Shown: piece by piece, positions 50,341-62,237 of the stretch
Numbering within the stretch: position 1 is the stretch's first letter
Layout of the letters: every line of letters starts with the position of its first letter
Assembly (NCBI GenBank): GCA_046582655.1
Contig: JAYGDX010000027.1
Span: forward strand, 1 to 64,000
Source of the DNA: Candidatus Poribacteria bacterium
GTDB lineage: Bacteria > Poribacteria > WGA-4E > UBA9662
Length of the DNA: 64,000 nt
Direction: 5' to 3'
Translations under genes and position numbers: made by a program
Notes under the pieces: model-generated
What the model was told of the DNA's origin: nothing
The model's input: the letters and a program-made list of their open reading frames with translations, nothing else
Databases searched by the model: none

Positions 50341-51206
50341 TTATGTATTCTTCAGGTTAACAAATATAAGGGCGACAACCGCCAAGGTAATTCCAATTAT
50401 CGATTTTGTGTGTAGCTTTTCCTTGAGGATAACTACACCAACCAATGTGGTAAAAAGAACGCTACTAGCAGCCGATACAGGAAAAGCGATCAGGGCATCT
50501 ACGGAATCCAATGCCAGTAGGAACGTGACACTTTGGGAAAAATTGGAAACTCCAACCAAGATACCAAAGACATATTCCCAACGTGTTGGCATGATCTTCC
50601 GATGAATGCAGACGATAGCAAAAACAAACGTTGTTACACTAAACAGGAAAAATAAATAAAATGGTTTTTGATCCATCGGACAAGTCTCATTGAAGATCTT
50701 CATCACAAGACGGCCTACACCAGCGTTCGCGAATGTAAGGGACACAACGACAGCCCCTAACCCACCTGTTGTCGTCGATACATTATTAGGGGCTACTTCT
50801 ACAGGATCATTTGTGCATAGGAGAGGTAGCGCTCCGCAGGTGAGAAATATGCCTAAGATTTGCCATGTATTAGGTGTTTCGTGCCAGATCAGAATTGCAA
50901 AGGTGAGCGGTATGACCATTGAAAGGCGAAGTATGACTGTGGTAACAACACGCCGCTGACTCGAACTGCAGCCTTCCAGAGGAAGAATCCAAGTGCGTAA
51001 GTGATACCATTAGTCGTTCCAAGCCCAGTTGTCAATCCGGAGAAACTGAAACTACCCAACTGCATCATCGACCAGATAGCAATCAGCAATGCAACCAAAT
51101 AATTTATGAACCCAATAGAATCTAAACGATAACCGCGGTCCTTTGCATATTTGAGCAGTATTCCAAAGGCAGAGGAAAGTATTACGTGCAGGATCAGGGC
51201 GATCAA
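50341..51206 (-). pseudogene. EamA/DMT family transporter, frameshifted
   Basis: Two overlapping ORFs (50889..51206 and 50341..50919) join into one EamA protein if one base is restored near 50950 (SGV-VVTTVILRLSMVIP). Confidence 0.75.
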
Positions 51207-51214
51207 GCATTATC

Positions 51215-53899
51215 CTACTTCATTAAATTTCGAATTACATAATCCAAAATACCGCCATGGCGATAATATTCTACCTCGATTGGTGTATCGATTCGGACGG
51301 TGGCTTGAATCTGACGACTTGAACCGGATTCGTCAGTGATCTGAATGGTAACTTCCTGTTGCGGTACTAAGTCGTCGGAGATACCGAGTATACTGATTAC
51401 CTCTGCCCCTGTGAGTCCAAGTGATTTAATGCTGTTTTCGCCTTGAAACTGTATAGGTAAAATCCCCATGCCGATCAAGTTGCTCCGGTGGATCCGTTCA
51501 TAGCTTTCCGCTACTACAGCCACAACACCAAGCAATTTCGGCCCTTTAGCTGCCCAGTCACGAGAACTTCCGCATCCATACTCTTTACCAGCAAGAACGA
51601 CCATTGGCGTCTGGGTTTCAATATAGTTTCTGGATGCTTCGTAAATTGTGGCTTGTCCACCGTTTGGAAAGACCTTGGTGTAACCACCTTCAACATCGGT
51701 TAGCATCAGGTTCTTAATCCGGTTATTGGCGAAGGTTCCGCGTGTCATCACCTGGTCATTACCACGTCTTGATCCATAGGAATTAAAATCACGTTGTTCA
51801 ATCCCTTTGTCAATCAAGTGTTTACCCGCAGGGCTTTGCGCAGCAATCATTCCAGCAGGAGAAATATGGTCCGTTGTTATGGAATCACCAAGAAGTGCTA
51901 AGATACGTGCATTTGTAATCTCCATAATGGGGGCTATCTGGAGGCTGAAATCCTCAAAGAACGGTGGTTTTTGAATATAAGTACTTTTACTATCCCAGGC
52001 ATAGATTTCTCCAGTCGGCACCTCAAGATTAGCCCATTCTGGAGCCTGACTGTCAATTCCAGAGTAAAGTCGGCTGAAGATCTCAGAATTAACGGCCGAG
52101 GAAATAAGATCTGTTATCTCGCGTTGAGTCGGCCAGATGTCGGATAGATATACGGCGGTTCCATTGTCATCAGTACCAAGTGGCTCTGTAGTTAGGTCAA
52201 TATCAACCTGACCAGCGATTGCATAGGCAACCACTAAGGGTGGAGACATGAGGAAACTTGCCTTTACGTCCTGATGGACGCGCGCCTCGAAGTTTCTGTT
52301 TCCAGACAGGACGCTAGCCGTGACCAAACCCGATTGCTGAATAGCCTGCTGGATTTCCTCCTCCAATGGACCGCTATTGCCAATGCAGGTTGTACATCCG
52401 TATCCAACCACATTAAATCCTAGCTTTTCAAGATAAGGCAGCAACCCGGTAGCCTTCAGGTATTCTGTAACAACGCGAGAACCGGGAGCAAGGCTAGTCT
52501 TGACATAATCTGGCACACGCAATCCGATTTCAACAGCTTTCTTGGCTAAAAGTCCGGAGGCAATCATTACAGATGGATTACTTGTATTTGTACAACTCGT
52601 AATTGCTGAGATGACAACGGAACCATGCGTAATCCCGTTTTTTCGATCTGGTATTTGGTTGACTGCTTCGTCAGCCAAGCCGAAGCCTCCATCCGAAACA
52701 GGTTGGCTTAGCAGTTTACTAAATGTGTTTTTGACTTGTGAAAGTATAATTCGGTCTTGAGGTCGTTTGGGGCCAGCAACCGATGGATCAATACTATCTA
52801 GATCAATCTCAAGTTTTTGGCTATAATCAATTTCACCATCTTTGGGAATACCAAACAGTCCCTGATGCTTGAGATAATCTTCAATCAGTCGGATTTGCGT
52901 GTCTTTGCGATTCGTCAATTCAAGATATCGGATTGACTCACTATCTGCCGGGAAAAAACCGATGGTCGCGCCATATTCAGGGCACATATTTGATATCGTG
53001 GCACGGTCAGGAAGCGAAAGAGTTTCGACTCCTTCACCAAAGAATTCAACAAACTTCCCAACAACTTGAGTCTCTCGCAGTTTCTGGGTGACAGTTAATA
53101 CTAAATCTGTTGCTGTGATACCTTCTTTGAGTGATCCTGTCAGGTTAACACCCACTACTTCGGGAGTGAGAATGTAAACTGGTTGTCCCAGTATCGCCGC
53201 TTCGGCTTCAATACCACCAACACCCCATCCAACAATACCTAAACCGTTAATCATTGTAGTATGAGAATCAGTTCCAACAAGGGTATCAGGGTAAGCAATC
53301 GAGCCGCCACTGCTTTCGTCAGTTACCACAACTTCGGCAAGGTACTCCAGGTTTATTTGATGAATAATTCCAGTTGATGGTGGGATAACTGTAAATTTCT
53401 CAAATGCTCGTTGCCCCCACTTCAGAAATTCGTATCGTTCCTTGTTTCGCTCAAATTCGATTCGCGTATTAATGTCTAATGCGTCATTTGATCCATAAGC
53501 GTCAACCTGAATTGAATGATCAATAACAAGGTTAACTGGAATAAGGGGTTCAATGATCTTGGGATCGCCACCAAGTTTCTTAACAGTTGACCGCATCGCT
53601 GCTAGGTCGACTAACAATGGCACACCCGTAAAATCTTGGGCAACCACTCTTGCAGGTTTAAATGGAATTTCCGTTGCTTTTGGTTTGGTAGCATCCCAAA
53701 CTGCGATATCTATAATATCCTGTTCAACAATAACTTCGTTATCGTAATTTCGCAGTAGTGCTTCAAGTAAAATTCGAATACTAATTGGTAATCTCGAAAT
53801 CTTACCAATTCCCCGATTTTCAAGTTCTGGCAATGAATAGTATTGAATTTGCTTATCATCGCTCTCAAATGATTGAAGCGTGTTGAACAAATTATGCAT
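51215..53899 (-). CDS. acnA: Aconitate hydratase A
   Basis: [61 protein letters not shown]. Confidence 0.97.
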   Translation of the reverse strand: MHNLFNTLQSFESDDKQIQYYSLPELENRGIGKISRLPISIRILLEALLRNYDNEVIVEQDIIDIAVWDATKPKATEIPFKPARVVAQDFTGVPLLVDLAAMRSTVKKLGGDPKIIEPLIPVNLVIDHSIQVDAYGSNDALDINTRIEFERNKERYEFLKWGQRAFEKFTVIPPSTGIIHQINLEYLAEVVVTDESSGGSIAYPDTLVGTDSHTTMINGLGIVGWGVGGIEAEAAILGQPVYILTPEVVGVNLTGSLKEGITATDLVLTVTQKLRETQVVGKFVEFFGEGVETLSLPDRATISNMCPEYGATIGFFPADSESIRYLELTNRKDTQIRLIEDYLKHQGLFGIPKDGEIDYSQKLEIDLDSIDPSVAGPKRPQDRIILSQVKNTFSKLLSQPVSDGGFGLADEAVNQIPDRKNGITHGSVVISAITSCTNTSNPSVMIASGLLAKKAVEIGLRVPDYVKTSLAPGSRVVTEYLKATGLLPYLEKLGFNVVGYGCTTCIGNSGPLEEEIQQAIQQSGLVTASVLSGNRNFEARVHQDVKASFLMSPPLVVAYAIAGQVDIDLTTEPLGTDDNGTAVYLSDIWPTQREITDLISSAVNSEIFSRLYSGIDSQAPEWANLEVPTGEIYAWDSKSTYIQKPPFFEDFSLQIAPIMEITNARILALLGDSITTDHISPAGMIAAQSPAGKHLIDKGIEQRDFNSYGSRRGNDQVMTRGTFANNRIKNLMLTDVEGGYTKVFPNGGQATIYEASRNYIETQTPMVVLAGKEYGCGSSRDWAAKGPKLLGVVAVVAESYERIHRSNLIGMGILPIQFQGENSIKSLGLTGAEVISILGISDDLVPQQEVTIQITDESGSSRQIQATVRIDTPIEVEYYRHGGILDYVIRNLMK

Positions 53900-53985
53900 T
53901 GTTTGACTCCGAACACTTTGTATGTTTCATCAAAAGCACTAATAATAGCATAAGCATACTGGAATCTCAATGGATTCCAGTATGC

Positions 53986-54678
53986 TTACACAGCGGTTAA
54001 ATCAATAAATAGACTTTCCAAATTATCCGGTATGCTACCCAAAAACGCGAATTTTGATTGGTTAAGAATAGCTACAGATTCACAGTTTTTTTCCACCTCT
54101 GTTATGTGATTTGTTGCCATCACAATGACCTTACCCATTAGACTCAGTTCAGTAATCAAATTGGTAAACTCAATCTGGCCACATGGATCTAGTACTGAAA
54201 TTGGATTATCAAGCAACCAAATATCTGGATTGTACAGAAAAGTCTTTGCCAATAGCAATCGATGCTTCTGTCCTAATGAAAGCCCAGCTATTTTTTTCTG
54301 ATCAAACTCAGATAGATCCATTAAATCCAGCACATCCTTAATGGTTGAAGATATTTGTCTCTTCTCAAATTTATATGCGGAAGCGAAAAAATCGAGGTAC
54401 TGTCGTACTGTAAGGTAGGGATATCCTTCAAAAATGTTAGGAACGTAACCGATTAACGGCCGAATTTGATCGAGGTTAGAGTACACATCGACACCGTTAA
54501 TTTCAACTTTTCCTGATGTTGGGCGCACTAGTGTTGCGAGTATCTCAATTAGAAGGGTTTTTCCCGATCCGTTTCTGCCCAGTATGCCGAGCCGATTACC
54601 CGCATCTAAACGGAAGGTTAGATCCGTCAGCAACGATTTCTTTCCGCCGACTTTGGAAAGATTTTGAACGTCAAGCAT
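53986..54678 (-). CDS. ABC transporter ATP-binding protein (ABC-2 type)
   Basis: GRNGSGKT Walker A, LSLGQ signature, LLDNP Walker B with Glu>Asn. Confidence 0.85.
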   Translation of the reverse strand: MLDVQNLSKVGGKKSLLTDLTFRLDAGNRLGILGRNGSGKTLLIEILATLVRPTSGKVEINGVDVYSNLDQIRPLIGYVPNIFEGYPYLTVRQYLDFFASAYKFEKRQISSTIKDVLDLMDLSEFDQKKIAGLSLGQKHRLLLAKTFLYNPDIWLLDNPISVLDPCGQIEFTNLITELSLMGKVIVMATNHITEVEKNCESVAILNQSKFAFLGSIPDNLESLFIDLTAV

Positions 54679-54749
54679 TTAAGATCCGAAGAAGAATAAT
54701 TCGTTCATTGTTTATTTGTTGGTTAAATGATATCATGCTAGATGATGAT

Positions 54750-55748
54750 TTAGCTCAAATCAACTTTCACGGGCTGGTTTTTTTTCGCTGACTCCCACGC
54801 AGCCTCAGTCAGCTGAATAACCCGAAGTCCATTTTTGGCGTCAATCGGATTTTCGGTACGTTGCCCACGAATTAGTTTGATGAAAGCTTGGTCTTTATTC
54901 TCTGACTGCGGTAGATCCTCTCGGTTGACTTCTACTCGACCTATCTCCTGTTCTTCACGGTAGACCTTACCCTCTCGAACGAAAAGTGTGCCGTTTTCAA
55001 GCCAAATGGTAAAATCCTCGTGCATGCCACCGACGGCATGCCCAATCACACTAATGTTGCACAACGCTCCGGTATCAAACTTGATAGACATAGCTGTCAG
55101 AATATCAACCTCACAATTCTTGTAATCCATCATTGCATATACTTCACTCGGACTGGCTTCCAGAATCCATAATAGAATATCTATGAGATGGCTTCCGGAA
55201 TCATTCAGTTGTCCTCCACCACTCAGCGATAATGTCTGACGCCATTTTCCTTGCTGGTTACGGTACCAATTTTGACATTGGTGCGCAGTGACAAAATTTG
55301 CTTTCCCCAGTTCTCCATTTTGCACAATATCACGGCAATATACATAAGCCGACTGCAAATGGCGTTGATAACCTATCATCAGATGTTTTCCAGTTTCCTC
55401 AATTTTATCAATCACCTGCTTGGCATGGTCAACGGTACATACCATCGGTTTTTCTGTGTGAACATGACAGCTAGCATCAAGCGAATCCATAATCTGTTCA
55501 AAATGTAGTGTATGAGGTGTACTAATGACGACAGCATCAGGCTGAACAGCAGACAACATCTCCTGATGGTCCCCGAACGTTGGCACATCATCTTCAAGTC
55601 CAACACTTTCTTTAAATGCCTTCAAGGCCTCTCGACTCACATCGGTTAGTCCAACAATTTCCGTACCTTCAACACCGGTAATGCTTCGTCCATGTCCACG
55701 TGAATTCCCACCACATCCGATAAAACCGACTCTGACTGTTTTAACCAT
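54750..55748 (-). CDS. Gfo/Idh/MocA family oxidoreductase
   Basis: GFIGCGG, HVHTEKPM, GGGQLNDSGSH. Confidence 0.9.
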   Translation of the reverse strand: MVKTVRVGFIGCGGNSRGHGRSITGVEGTEIVGLTDVSREALKAFKESVGLEDDVPTFGDHQEMLSAVQPDAVVISTPHTLHFEQIMDSLDASCHVHTEKPMVCTVDHAKQVIDKIEETGKHLMIGYQRHLQSAYVYCRDIVQNGELGKANFVTAHQCQNWYRNQQGKWRQTLSLSGGGQLNDSGSHLIDILLWILEASPSEVYAMMDYKNCEVDILTAMSIKFDTGALCNISVIGHAVGGMHEDFTIWLENGTLFVREGKVYREEQEIGRVEVNREDLPQSENKDQAFIKLIRGQRTENPIDAKNGLRVIQLTEAAWESAKKNQPVKVDLS

Positions 55749-55773
55749 AATTGATTTCCTATCTTGATTGTAA

Positions 55774-56598
55774 TTACTCAGTTTGATTACTGTTAAGTGC
55801 CGTCATGTTGCGCAGATTTAACAGAGGTGTCATTACACCACCTGCACACGGAATCGTCACGCCAGTATCGTAAATCTTAATTCCTGCCATTACGGCATTT
55901 GCCACGTCTTCTGGTTCCCCCGGACGAAACATAGTGATATAACCTTTTTCTGAGGCCTCGATGTAATCGGGAATTCTTCCACGAGCAAGATCCGTGTTGG
56001 TTACACCAACTTCAACGCCGTTTACCTTAATACCCTTTTCAACAAGACGGCCGGCATAAACTTTCATTCCCATCTCTAATGCGGCCTTTGACATGCAATA
56101 AGCAGCCCGATTATCAGAAGCTAACGTGTCAGATATCGAAAGCGTATAGATGATACAGCCTTTAATTTTCTTCTCGATCATGTAGTTTGCAACACGCTGT
56201 GTTAAAAAATGGGGGCCTTTGAGGTTAACGTTCATTACGGCATCATAATCTTGTTCTGATTCTGCTAGGACATCAGAAATGATTGTAATACCCGCGTTAT
56301 TGACAAGCAGATCAATTTTTCCGAACGCATCAATTGCTGCTTCAACCAGAGGTTGATGATGGCTTAAGTTACCGACATCCGCTTGCACGATTATAGATTT
56401 TCTTCCCAGTTGAATGATTTCCTCTTGTACCTCAGTTGCGGCTGATTGGTTTCTACTATAGTTAACCAGTACATTACAACCTTGGCGTGCCAACTCGATT
56501 GCAATTGCACGACCGATACCACGACTAGATCCGGTAACAATTGCGCTTTTACCTTCAAGCAATATGTTTTTGGCAAAAAAACCCTGATCTTGTACCAT
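55774..56598 (-). CDS. SDR family oxidoreductase
   Basis: TGSSRGIG, NNAG, YCMSK. Confidence 0.9.
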   Translation of the reverse strand: MVQDQGFFAKNILLEGKSAIVTGSSRGIGRAIAIELARQGCNVLVNYSRNQSAATEVQEEIIQLGRKSIIVQADVGNLSHHQPLVEAAIDAFGKIDLLVNNAGITIISDVLAESEQDYDAVMNVNLKGPHFLTQRVANYMIEKKIKGCIIYTLSISDTLASDNRAAYCMSKAALEMGMKVYAGRLVEKGIKVNGVEVGVTNTDLARGRIPDYIEASEKGYITMFRPGEPEDVANAVMAGIKIYDTGVTIPCAGGVMTPLLNLRNMTALNSNQTE

Positions 56599-57016
56599 TA
56601 CATCTCCTAATTATTTTATGATTGCTTATGTCACCTTACACTATTTTGGGATTGCTGGAATGGCAGTTAAAAGTAGTAATTCTCTATAATTAAGGCTCAA
56701 GTACAGAAAACCATTTAGAAAAAATTTGCTTTACCCCTTCGATAAATGCCAATCAGATAGAGATTGTAGATAAGTTTAATGATTTTGTCAAATTACCCTT
56801 GTGCCGGCAATCTTTTGGGAGTTTAACCTGCTGTGATAGAGTGTTTCTAGCTGTACCATTTTCATCTTTATTATTTAGCTAAAACGCCTGTAAATCAGAA
56901 TAATGGAGGTGGTTTTATGGAGCAAATAAATCAAGTCTCATGTGTCGGATTTAGTCGACGTGATTTAAGGAAGAATGGGAGTCGATTTTGGTGCTGTGAT
57001 AATTATGGACATGGTT

Positions 57017-58683
57017 TTATCTATTGATTGTCAGCGGCAATTGTAAACTGTATTCCAAAAACTGTAGGTGTTGATCATTATGTGTAATTATATAACGGAT
57101 ATTAAATTTAGCGAGAACCAAAGTTGCCAAAGTTCGGGCTTGCTCTAGGGGGGCAGGTTTTCCGCGCATCAGTGTTGAAACGATCGGCGTTCGGTCTAAG
57201 AAACTAAGTGCTTTCAGAGAAGGCCTGGACACATAATCTCCACCAACGATTTCTGATGTATTGTCGCCATTTAGAGTGTAACCGGCTGTGAGGGAATGTC
57301 AATTACGCCGTAGTTTTTAGGATCTGTTGCCATCTGACGATAAAAACTGGAAACCTCAATTTTGGTGGTAACATATGGTATTGCTGAGTATTCAAAACAG
57401 ATCAGCACAGCTAATATTCCAGTGAACACAATCTTGATTGTTGCGGTCCCCCACCTCACTGTTGTGGTTGATTTAGACCTTATCTTATTCTTAAAAGTAG
57501 ACAGAATTATTTCATTCAGATTTGTGATGCCATAACCTGCCAAGACTGACATACACAGTTTAAGCATAATATCAAATCTTTCAGGGACTCCGGTAAAAGA
57601 GAAAAAAGGTATATATCGGTGAAATAGAAAGTATGGTAAAGGAATAGAGAACTGTTTGCCACCGATGTGCGGGTAAGGTCCAAGAGCCATAACAAAGAAA
57701 ATAAGACCTGCTACAGCCCAAAAATGGCAGCGTCGATCTTTTACGACTGCGTAGATCGACAACATAAAAACGATGTAGCCAAGATAATTTGAGTTCTCCG
57801 CGGTATTACCTGTCCAATCTTTCCAGATTCTACTAAACCATTTTCTCCCCCATGTAGAGATACCACTTGGTATAAAGAAACTCTCTAAATCTGCCGACCA
57901 AATCTCAGGGTTATGCTCGCCGGTAAAATCCTGTGTCACCTTTACATATAGCATTGGTATCAGAATTGGCGACATCACGACATTAAAAATGAAGATAGCC
58001 ATGCTTAATCTTTTGAGAAAACCATTGTCAATGATCTCCTTTTTGTGTTTGACTGCTTGAAAGATTACAAAAATTATGGTCAATACGAAACAATAAATCA
58101 TGTAGTACCATGAGCAGAGACTATTCAAGACCAAAAATAGAGCGGTTAAAACAATATTTCGTTTGCTGTCTTCTTGACGAGTTTTTAGCAGATACAATCC
58201 ATATAATGGGATCCACTCCATGGCAATTAATTGTAAGTGACCAAGCCCATGTGCGAAATGAAATGGGCAAAAGGTGAAAATAATTCCAGCTACAAATGCC
58301 GATGATTTCCGGCCCAACAGATAATCTGCCAAGTAATACATTGATACGCCCGACATCACAAACGAGAATAAAACCACCAGGTTATAGACCACCTCCATTT
58401 TGAAGAAGAATTGGAGGGGGATTGATATCAGTCCGTTAAATGGATTCAAGGTCTGAAACAACAAGGTTATTCCATCCAGATAATGTAGAAAGTTAGTGTA
58501 GTGCGAATGTGTTCCTTTCGTCAGTGATGTCTTCATCCACCACATATTCCAGACGTTTTGAAAACCGTCACCATTGTCATACATGAAATGACTCGATAAA
58601 CGAAAGACAGCCGGATAAGTCATAATTATTGTCAGGATTGCATAACCGAAAAACAGAATTGAGAATAGCTTGAGCTTTTTCAT
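57017..58683 (-). pseudogene. GT-C/YfhO-like multi-pass membrane glycosyltransferase, 3' end disrupted
   Basis: DGFQNVWNMWW, FCPFHFAH, ALGP, PERF; TAA at 57271-57273 followed in frame by MATIHQK, then a frameshift into VGGDYVSRPS (ORF 57017..57232). Confidence 0.7.
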
Positions 58684-58948
58684 GAAGTTGTCATTAAATT
58701 TAGAATGTCTCGTTTTTTATGGTTTTAACTGTTGGTGTAACCATTGCAAATACTTTCATAATTAGTGCTTTGAGAAATGGGAGAATATTCTTAAATTAAG
58801 GATAAGCTTGACTGATATAAAACCAGAATATCGATTTTCGTCCTAGTAACCGAAAACTTACATGAAAAGTGAAACGATACTACTCGCCATGCGTTCCCTT
58901 AGCAATGAACTTTAGTATTTCACACAAAATCGATTAGGAAATGTTGAA

Positions 58949-60046
58949 ATGAATTCAGATGCTGAGTCGCTATCAACAGCCCCCAAACCAGATGATTCTA
59001 TCCACATTGTTCACGAGGCTTTAAAGTACCGAAAAGAAGAGGTTTCACTTCCTTATCTAATGGGAGTTTCAGGTGAAGCTTTTCGCTTTTTTTATAACCG
59101 CCAACAGGTGGAAAAAGGAATACGTACGACTTTTTATAATCCATTGCGTACTGCTTCCAAAGCGCTGGGTTTTGAGCATGAACTTGTATACGATGATACT
59201 TTTCAGGTTGCGTGGGATCGGCTGCAGAAAAATGTTCAACTTGGTAAAATAGCATTAATCCCGCTTTTAGATGGTTGTTCTTTTTTAATTGAAAATGATA
59301 ATCCGAATACCGTCGTTTGCCAAAATGGTCATCGGCATGAGTTCAGTTTTGATCAATTACGGAAAAAGTGGCAAAGGGTCGATGGATTTCTGGAGATGGG
59401 TCTCAACGGATATTATCAATTTATTCTTGGTGCTAGACCGCATTACCCTAAAGAACGCGAAATGGCATTAGGAGCCTTCCGAGGTGCCAGTAAGTTGATG
59501 AGATCCCGCCGAAAAATCAGCGGTTGCACGATGGGGATCTCTGCCTACGAAGAGTTGATCTCACACTTGCAAAGAATCATGGATCAGAAACAGGATACAG
59601 TAAAAAGGTATGAAATTGCCAAATGGAATAAGGAACTGCTTCGACAATGTCTTGAAGGTCGACGAGCTGCAGTTTCGTATCTTGAAATAGTTTGGAAAGA
59701 CTTTGAAGGAGAAGAGCTTAAACACCTGGAAAAGGCTACGGTTGCCTACCGAAACGCCGTTGCACTCTTAGAATCATTGCAGACTACTTTTCCTTCACTG
59801 CAGTTCTTTTCAGAAGAAACTTATTCGAATTCAAAAGGGAATTATTCAGAAGATTCACAGTTGATGCGACAACGATTTGCTCTCAAGATACCTGCTTTTA
59901 GCAAGATCTGGCAAACACAATCAAAGCATTTTAAGTTCAGTTGTCAAGCATCCATTAAACTCCTTAAGAAGCTTGTCAAGTTTGAGACTGATGGAATTAG
60001 TGCACTTGAAGATGTCATCCGAGTTGGCGAAAAATTAAAAATGTGA
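58949..60046 (+). CDS. Hypothetical protein (LMGVSGEAF motif; possibly BtrH-like N-terminus)
   Basis: 365-aa ORF; YLMGVSGEAFRFFY and MGISAYE motifs; family not securely recognised. Confidence 0.65.
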   Translation: MNSDAESLSTAPKPDDSIHIVHEALKYRKEEVSLPYLMGVSGEAFRFFYNRQQVEKGIRTTFYNPLRTASKALGFEHELVYDDTFQVAWDRLQKNVQLGKIALIPLLDGCSFLIENDNPNTVVCQNGHRHEFSFDQLRKKWQRVDGFLEMGLNGYYQFILGARPHYPKEREMALGAFRGASKLMRSRRKISGCTMGISAYEELISHLQRIMDQKQDTVKRYEIAKWNKELLRQCLEGRRAAVSYLEIVWKDFEGEELKHLEKATVAYRNAVALLESLQTTFPSLQFFSEETYSNSKGNYSEDSQLMRQRFALKIPAFSKIWQTQSKHFKFSCQASIKLLKKLVKFETDGISALEDVIRVGEKLKM

Positions 60047-60111
60047 TTTAAATTTTTTGCCTCTTTAATCCGAAATTTAGATTGTCATAGAAAAATTGGA
60101 CGGGTCATCTG

Positions 60112-61914
60112 ATGAAAGAATTTCTAAGAATTCTGAAATATGCACGTCCCTACCTACCCAGATTACTTTTCGGTTTCTTCTTAATCCTCATTATTGCACA
60201 ATCCCAGCTATTCATGCCACTGGTGCAGCGGTTTGTTATCGATGACATTTTATCTGATGTAAAAGCGACAGAACTTACCCATTCTGTATTCGGTTATCAT
60301 CTAACTTATTCACCAACGCATTGGCTGATTGTAATCTTATCTACAATCATTACTTTTTATGCCTTAGTTGGTCTCATCTCTTATGTACGTACTATCGTTA
60401 TGGAGTGGGTTAGTCAACGTATCCTGTTCGACATGCGAAACCAGGTGTTCTCGCATCTGCAAAAACTCTCTATGCGCTTTTACGATGTACAGGGAACAGG
60501 ACAAATTCTCTCGCGAGTGAAAGAGGATGTTAGTTCTTTGCGTTCACTGGTGACTGATACGTCAATTGACATTCTAACTGATATGATGATGTTTGTAACT
60601 GTGGTGTTCATCATGTTCAGATGGAGTTGGAAACTAACTCTTATTTCTTTGCTGATACTGCCGTTGGTTGCCGGCAACTATTTTTTCTTTATTGGCAGAT
60701 TGCGTGTGCTTTGGCGTCATTTGAGGCACCGATGGGCCGACATTTCAACCGAATTGTATGAGTCTGTTGCTGGAGCAAAAGTTGTCAAAGCCTTCCATCG
60801 AGAAAATCATCAAAAACGTCGTGTTTTCCGCGGAATGCGCCAGACCCTGAAATGGCAGATTGCCATTGCCAAGTACCAGGCAGCCATGGGACGTATTTCA
60901 GGTTTTTTTCAGTCGTTTGGTACGGCAATCGTTCTTTGTTACGGTGGATACTTGGTGATTCAAGGTGAATTCACCATTGGCACCTTGGTCGCTTATTATC
61001 AATTTTTAGGTCGTCTATACGGTCCTATGATGAAGTTGATCAACATTAACGCTACTATTCAAGAAGCGATGGTATCGTCTGAGCGAGTCTTTGGATTGCT
61101 CGACTCACAACCAACAGTCGACGAAGTTCCTGATGCTGTTGATCTACCGGAGATTCGCGGACACGTTAAATTTGAAAATGTCACCTTTTATTACGAACCG
61201 GAAAATCCTGTGCTCCACCATATCTCTTTTGATGCCAAACCGGATATGATGGTTGCACTTGTTGGTCCATCAGGTTGCGGAAAAAGTACCATTTCCAACC
61301 TGATTGCCAGATTTTACGATCCAACAGAGGGAACAATTTACATTGATGACCACGACCTTTGCCAAGTAACACTGAAGTCGCTTCGTAACCAGATTGGCAT
61401 TGTTCTACAGGACAATTTCCTGTTTCAAGGTTCGGTCGCAGAGAATATACAGTTTGGTCGGTTGGACGCCACAGAAATTGAAGTAGTAGAAGCCTCTTTA
61501 GCAGCCAACGCCCATCAATTTGTGGTCGAAGAACTTCCAGGTGGATATGAAGCGGAAGTAGGAGAACGCGGCATGCGGCTGTCTGGCGGACAGAAGCAAC
61601 GAATTGCCATTGCCAGGACTATCTTGAGAAATCCACGGATTCTGATTTTGGATGAGGCCACTTCTTCCCTGGATTCCGAATCCGAATCCCTGATTCAAGA
61701 GGCATTAGATACGTTAATGAAGGGGAGAACCACTTTTGTCATTGCCCATCGTCTATCGACAATTTTGAAAGCTGACATGATTTTGGTGATGAAAGACGGC
61801 GGGATTACAGAAAAAGGTACCCATGAGCAGTTATTGGAATTGAATGGGTTATACGCAAATATGTATCAAAAGCAGTTTAAAACTAAACCGCAAAATATAG
61901 ATTGGCTAAACTAA
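60112..61914 (+). CDS. ABC exporter, fused permease/ATP-binding (MsbA/ABCB-like)
   Basis: N-terminal TM domain; GPSGCGKS, LSGGQKQR, ILDEATS, IAHRLST. Confidence 0.93.
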   Translation: MKEFLRILKYARPYLPRLLFGFFLILIIAQSQLFMPLVQRFVIDDILSDVKATELTHSVFGYHLTYSPTHWLIVILSTIITFYALVGLISYVRTIVMEWVSQRILFDMRNQVFSHLQKLSMRFYDVQGTGQILSRVKEDVSSLRSLVTDTSIDILTDMMMFVTVVFIMFRWSWKLTLISLLILPLVAGNYFFFIGRLRVLWRHLRHRWADISTELYESVAGAKVVKAFHRENHQKRRVFRGMRQTLKWQIAIAKYQAAMGRISGFFQSFGTAIVLCYGGYLVIQGEFTIGTLVAYYQFLGRLYGPMMKLININATIQEAMVSSERVFGLLDSQPTVDEVPDAVDLPEIRGHVKFENVTFYYEPENPVLHHISFDAKPDMMVALVGPSGCGKSTISNLIARFYDPTEGTIYIDDHDLCQVTLKSLRNQIGIVLQDNFLFQGSVAENIQFGRLDATEIEVVEASLAANAHQFVVEELPGGYEAEVGERGMRLSGGQKQRIAIARTILRNPRILILDEATSSLDSESESLIQEALDTLMKGRTTFVIAHRLSTILKADMILVMKDGGITEKGTHEQLLELNGLYANMYQKQFKTKPQNIDWLN

Positions 61915-62144
61915 GATCGAAATTTCACGGTTTTGCTATTCCATTTTTTTCCTGAAACGCTAGCTGTCGAAGCAGAAAAGCAGCTCATCAAATAAGCTTT
62001 CTGTTGTATTTGCGTTGGCATCCGTCCAATCCTTACTCCAGTGGCTTTTTAGACTTTTCCTAGTCACCCATTCTTCCAGCGCTGTCGCCTCGACTGGCAA
62101 CTTTCTGTCCTCTGCTCTCTCAAATAGGTTCCAAAAGAAATTTT

Positions 62145-62173
62145 TTGTCTAATTTGGGCAATTAAATTATAAT
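62145..62173 (+). promoter_or_regulatory. sigma70-type promoter of folA-thyA
   Basis: TTGTCT-17nt-TATAAT. Confidence 0.6.
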
Positions 62174-62237
62174 AAAGGCTATCTTAGAAGATGAATACTT
62201 GGATAACCTTGATTTCGAAGATAACGAAGTTGGGCGA

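Noticed and set aside
56905..57030. SD GGAGGTGG plus short ORF MEQINQVSCVGFSRRDL resembling a Tat signal
   Set aside because: Terminates after about 36 codons with no hydrophobic region; at most a remnant
61960..62140. Minus-strand open stretch of about 59 codons (FFWNLFERAEDRKLPVEA...)
   Set aside because: No clear start and no recognisable homology
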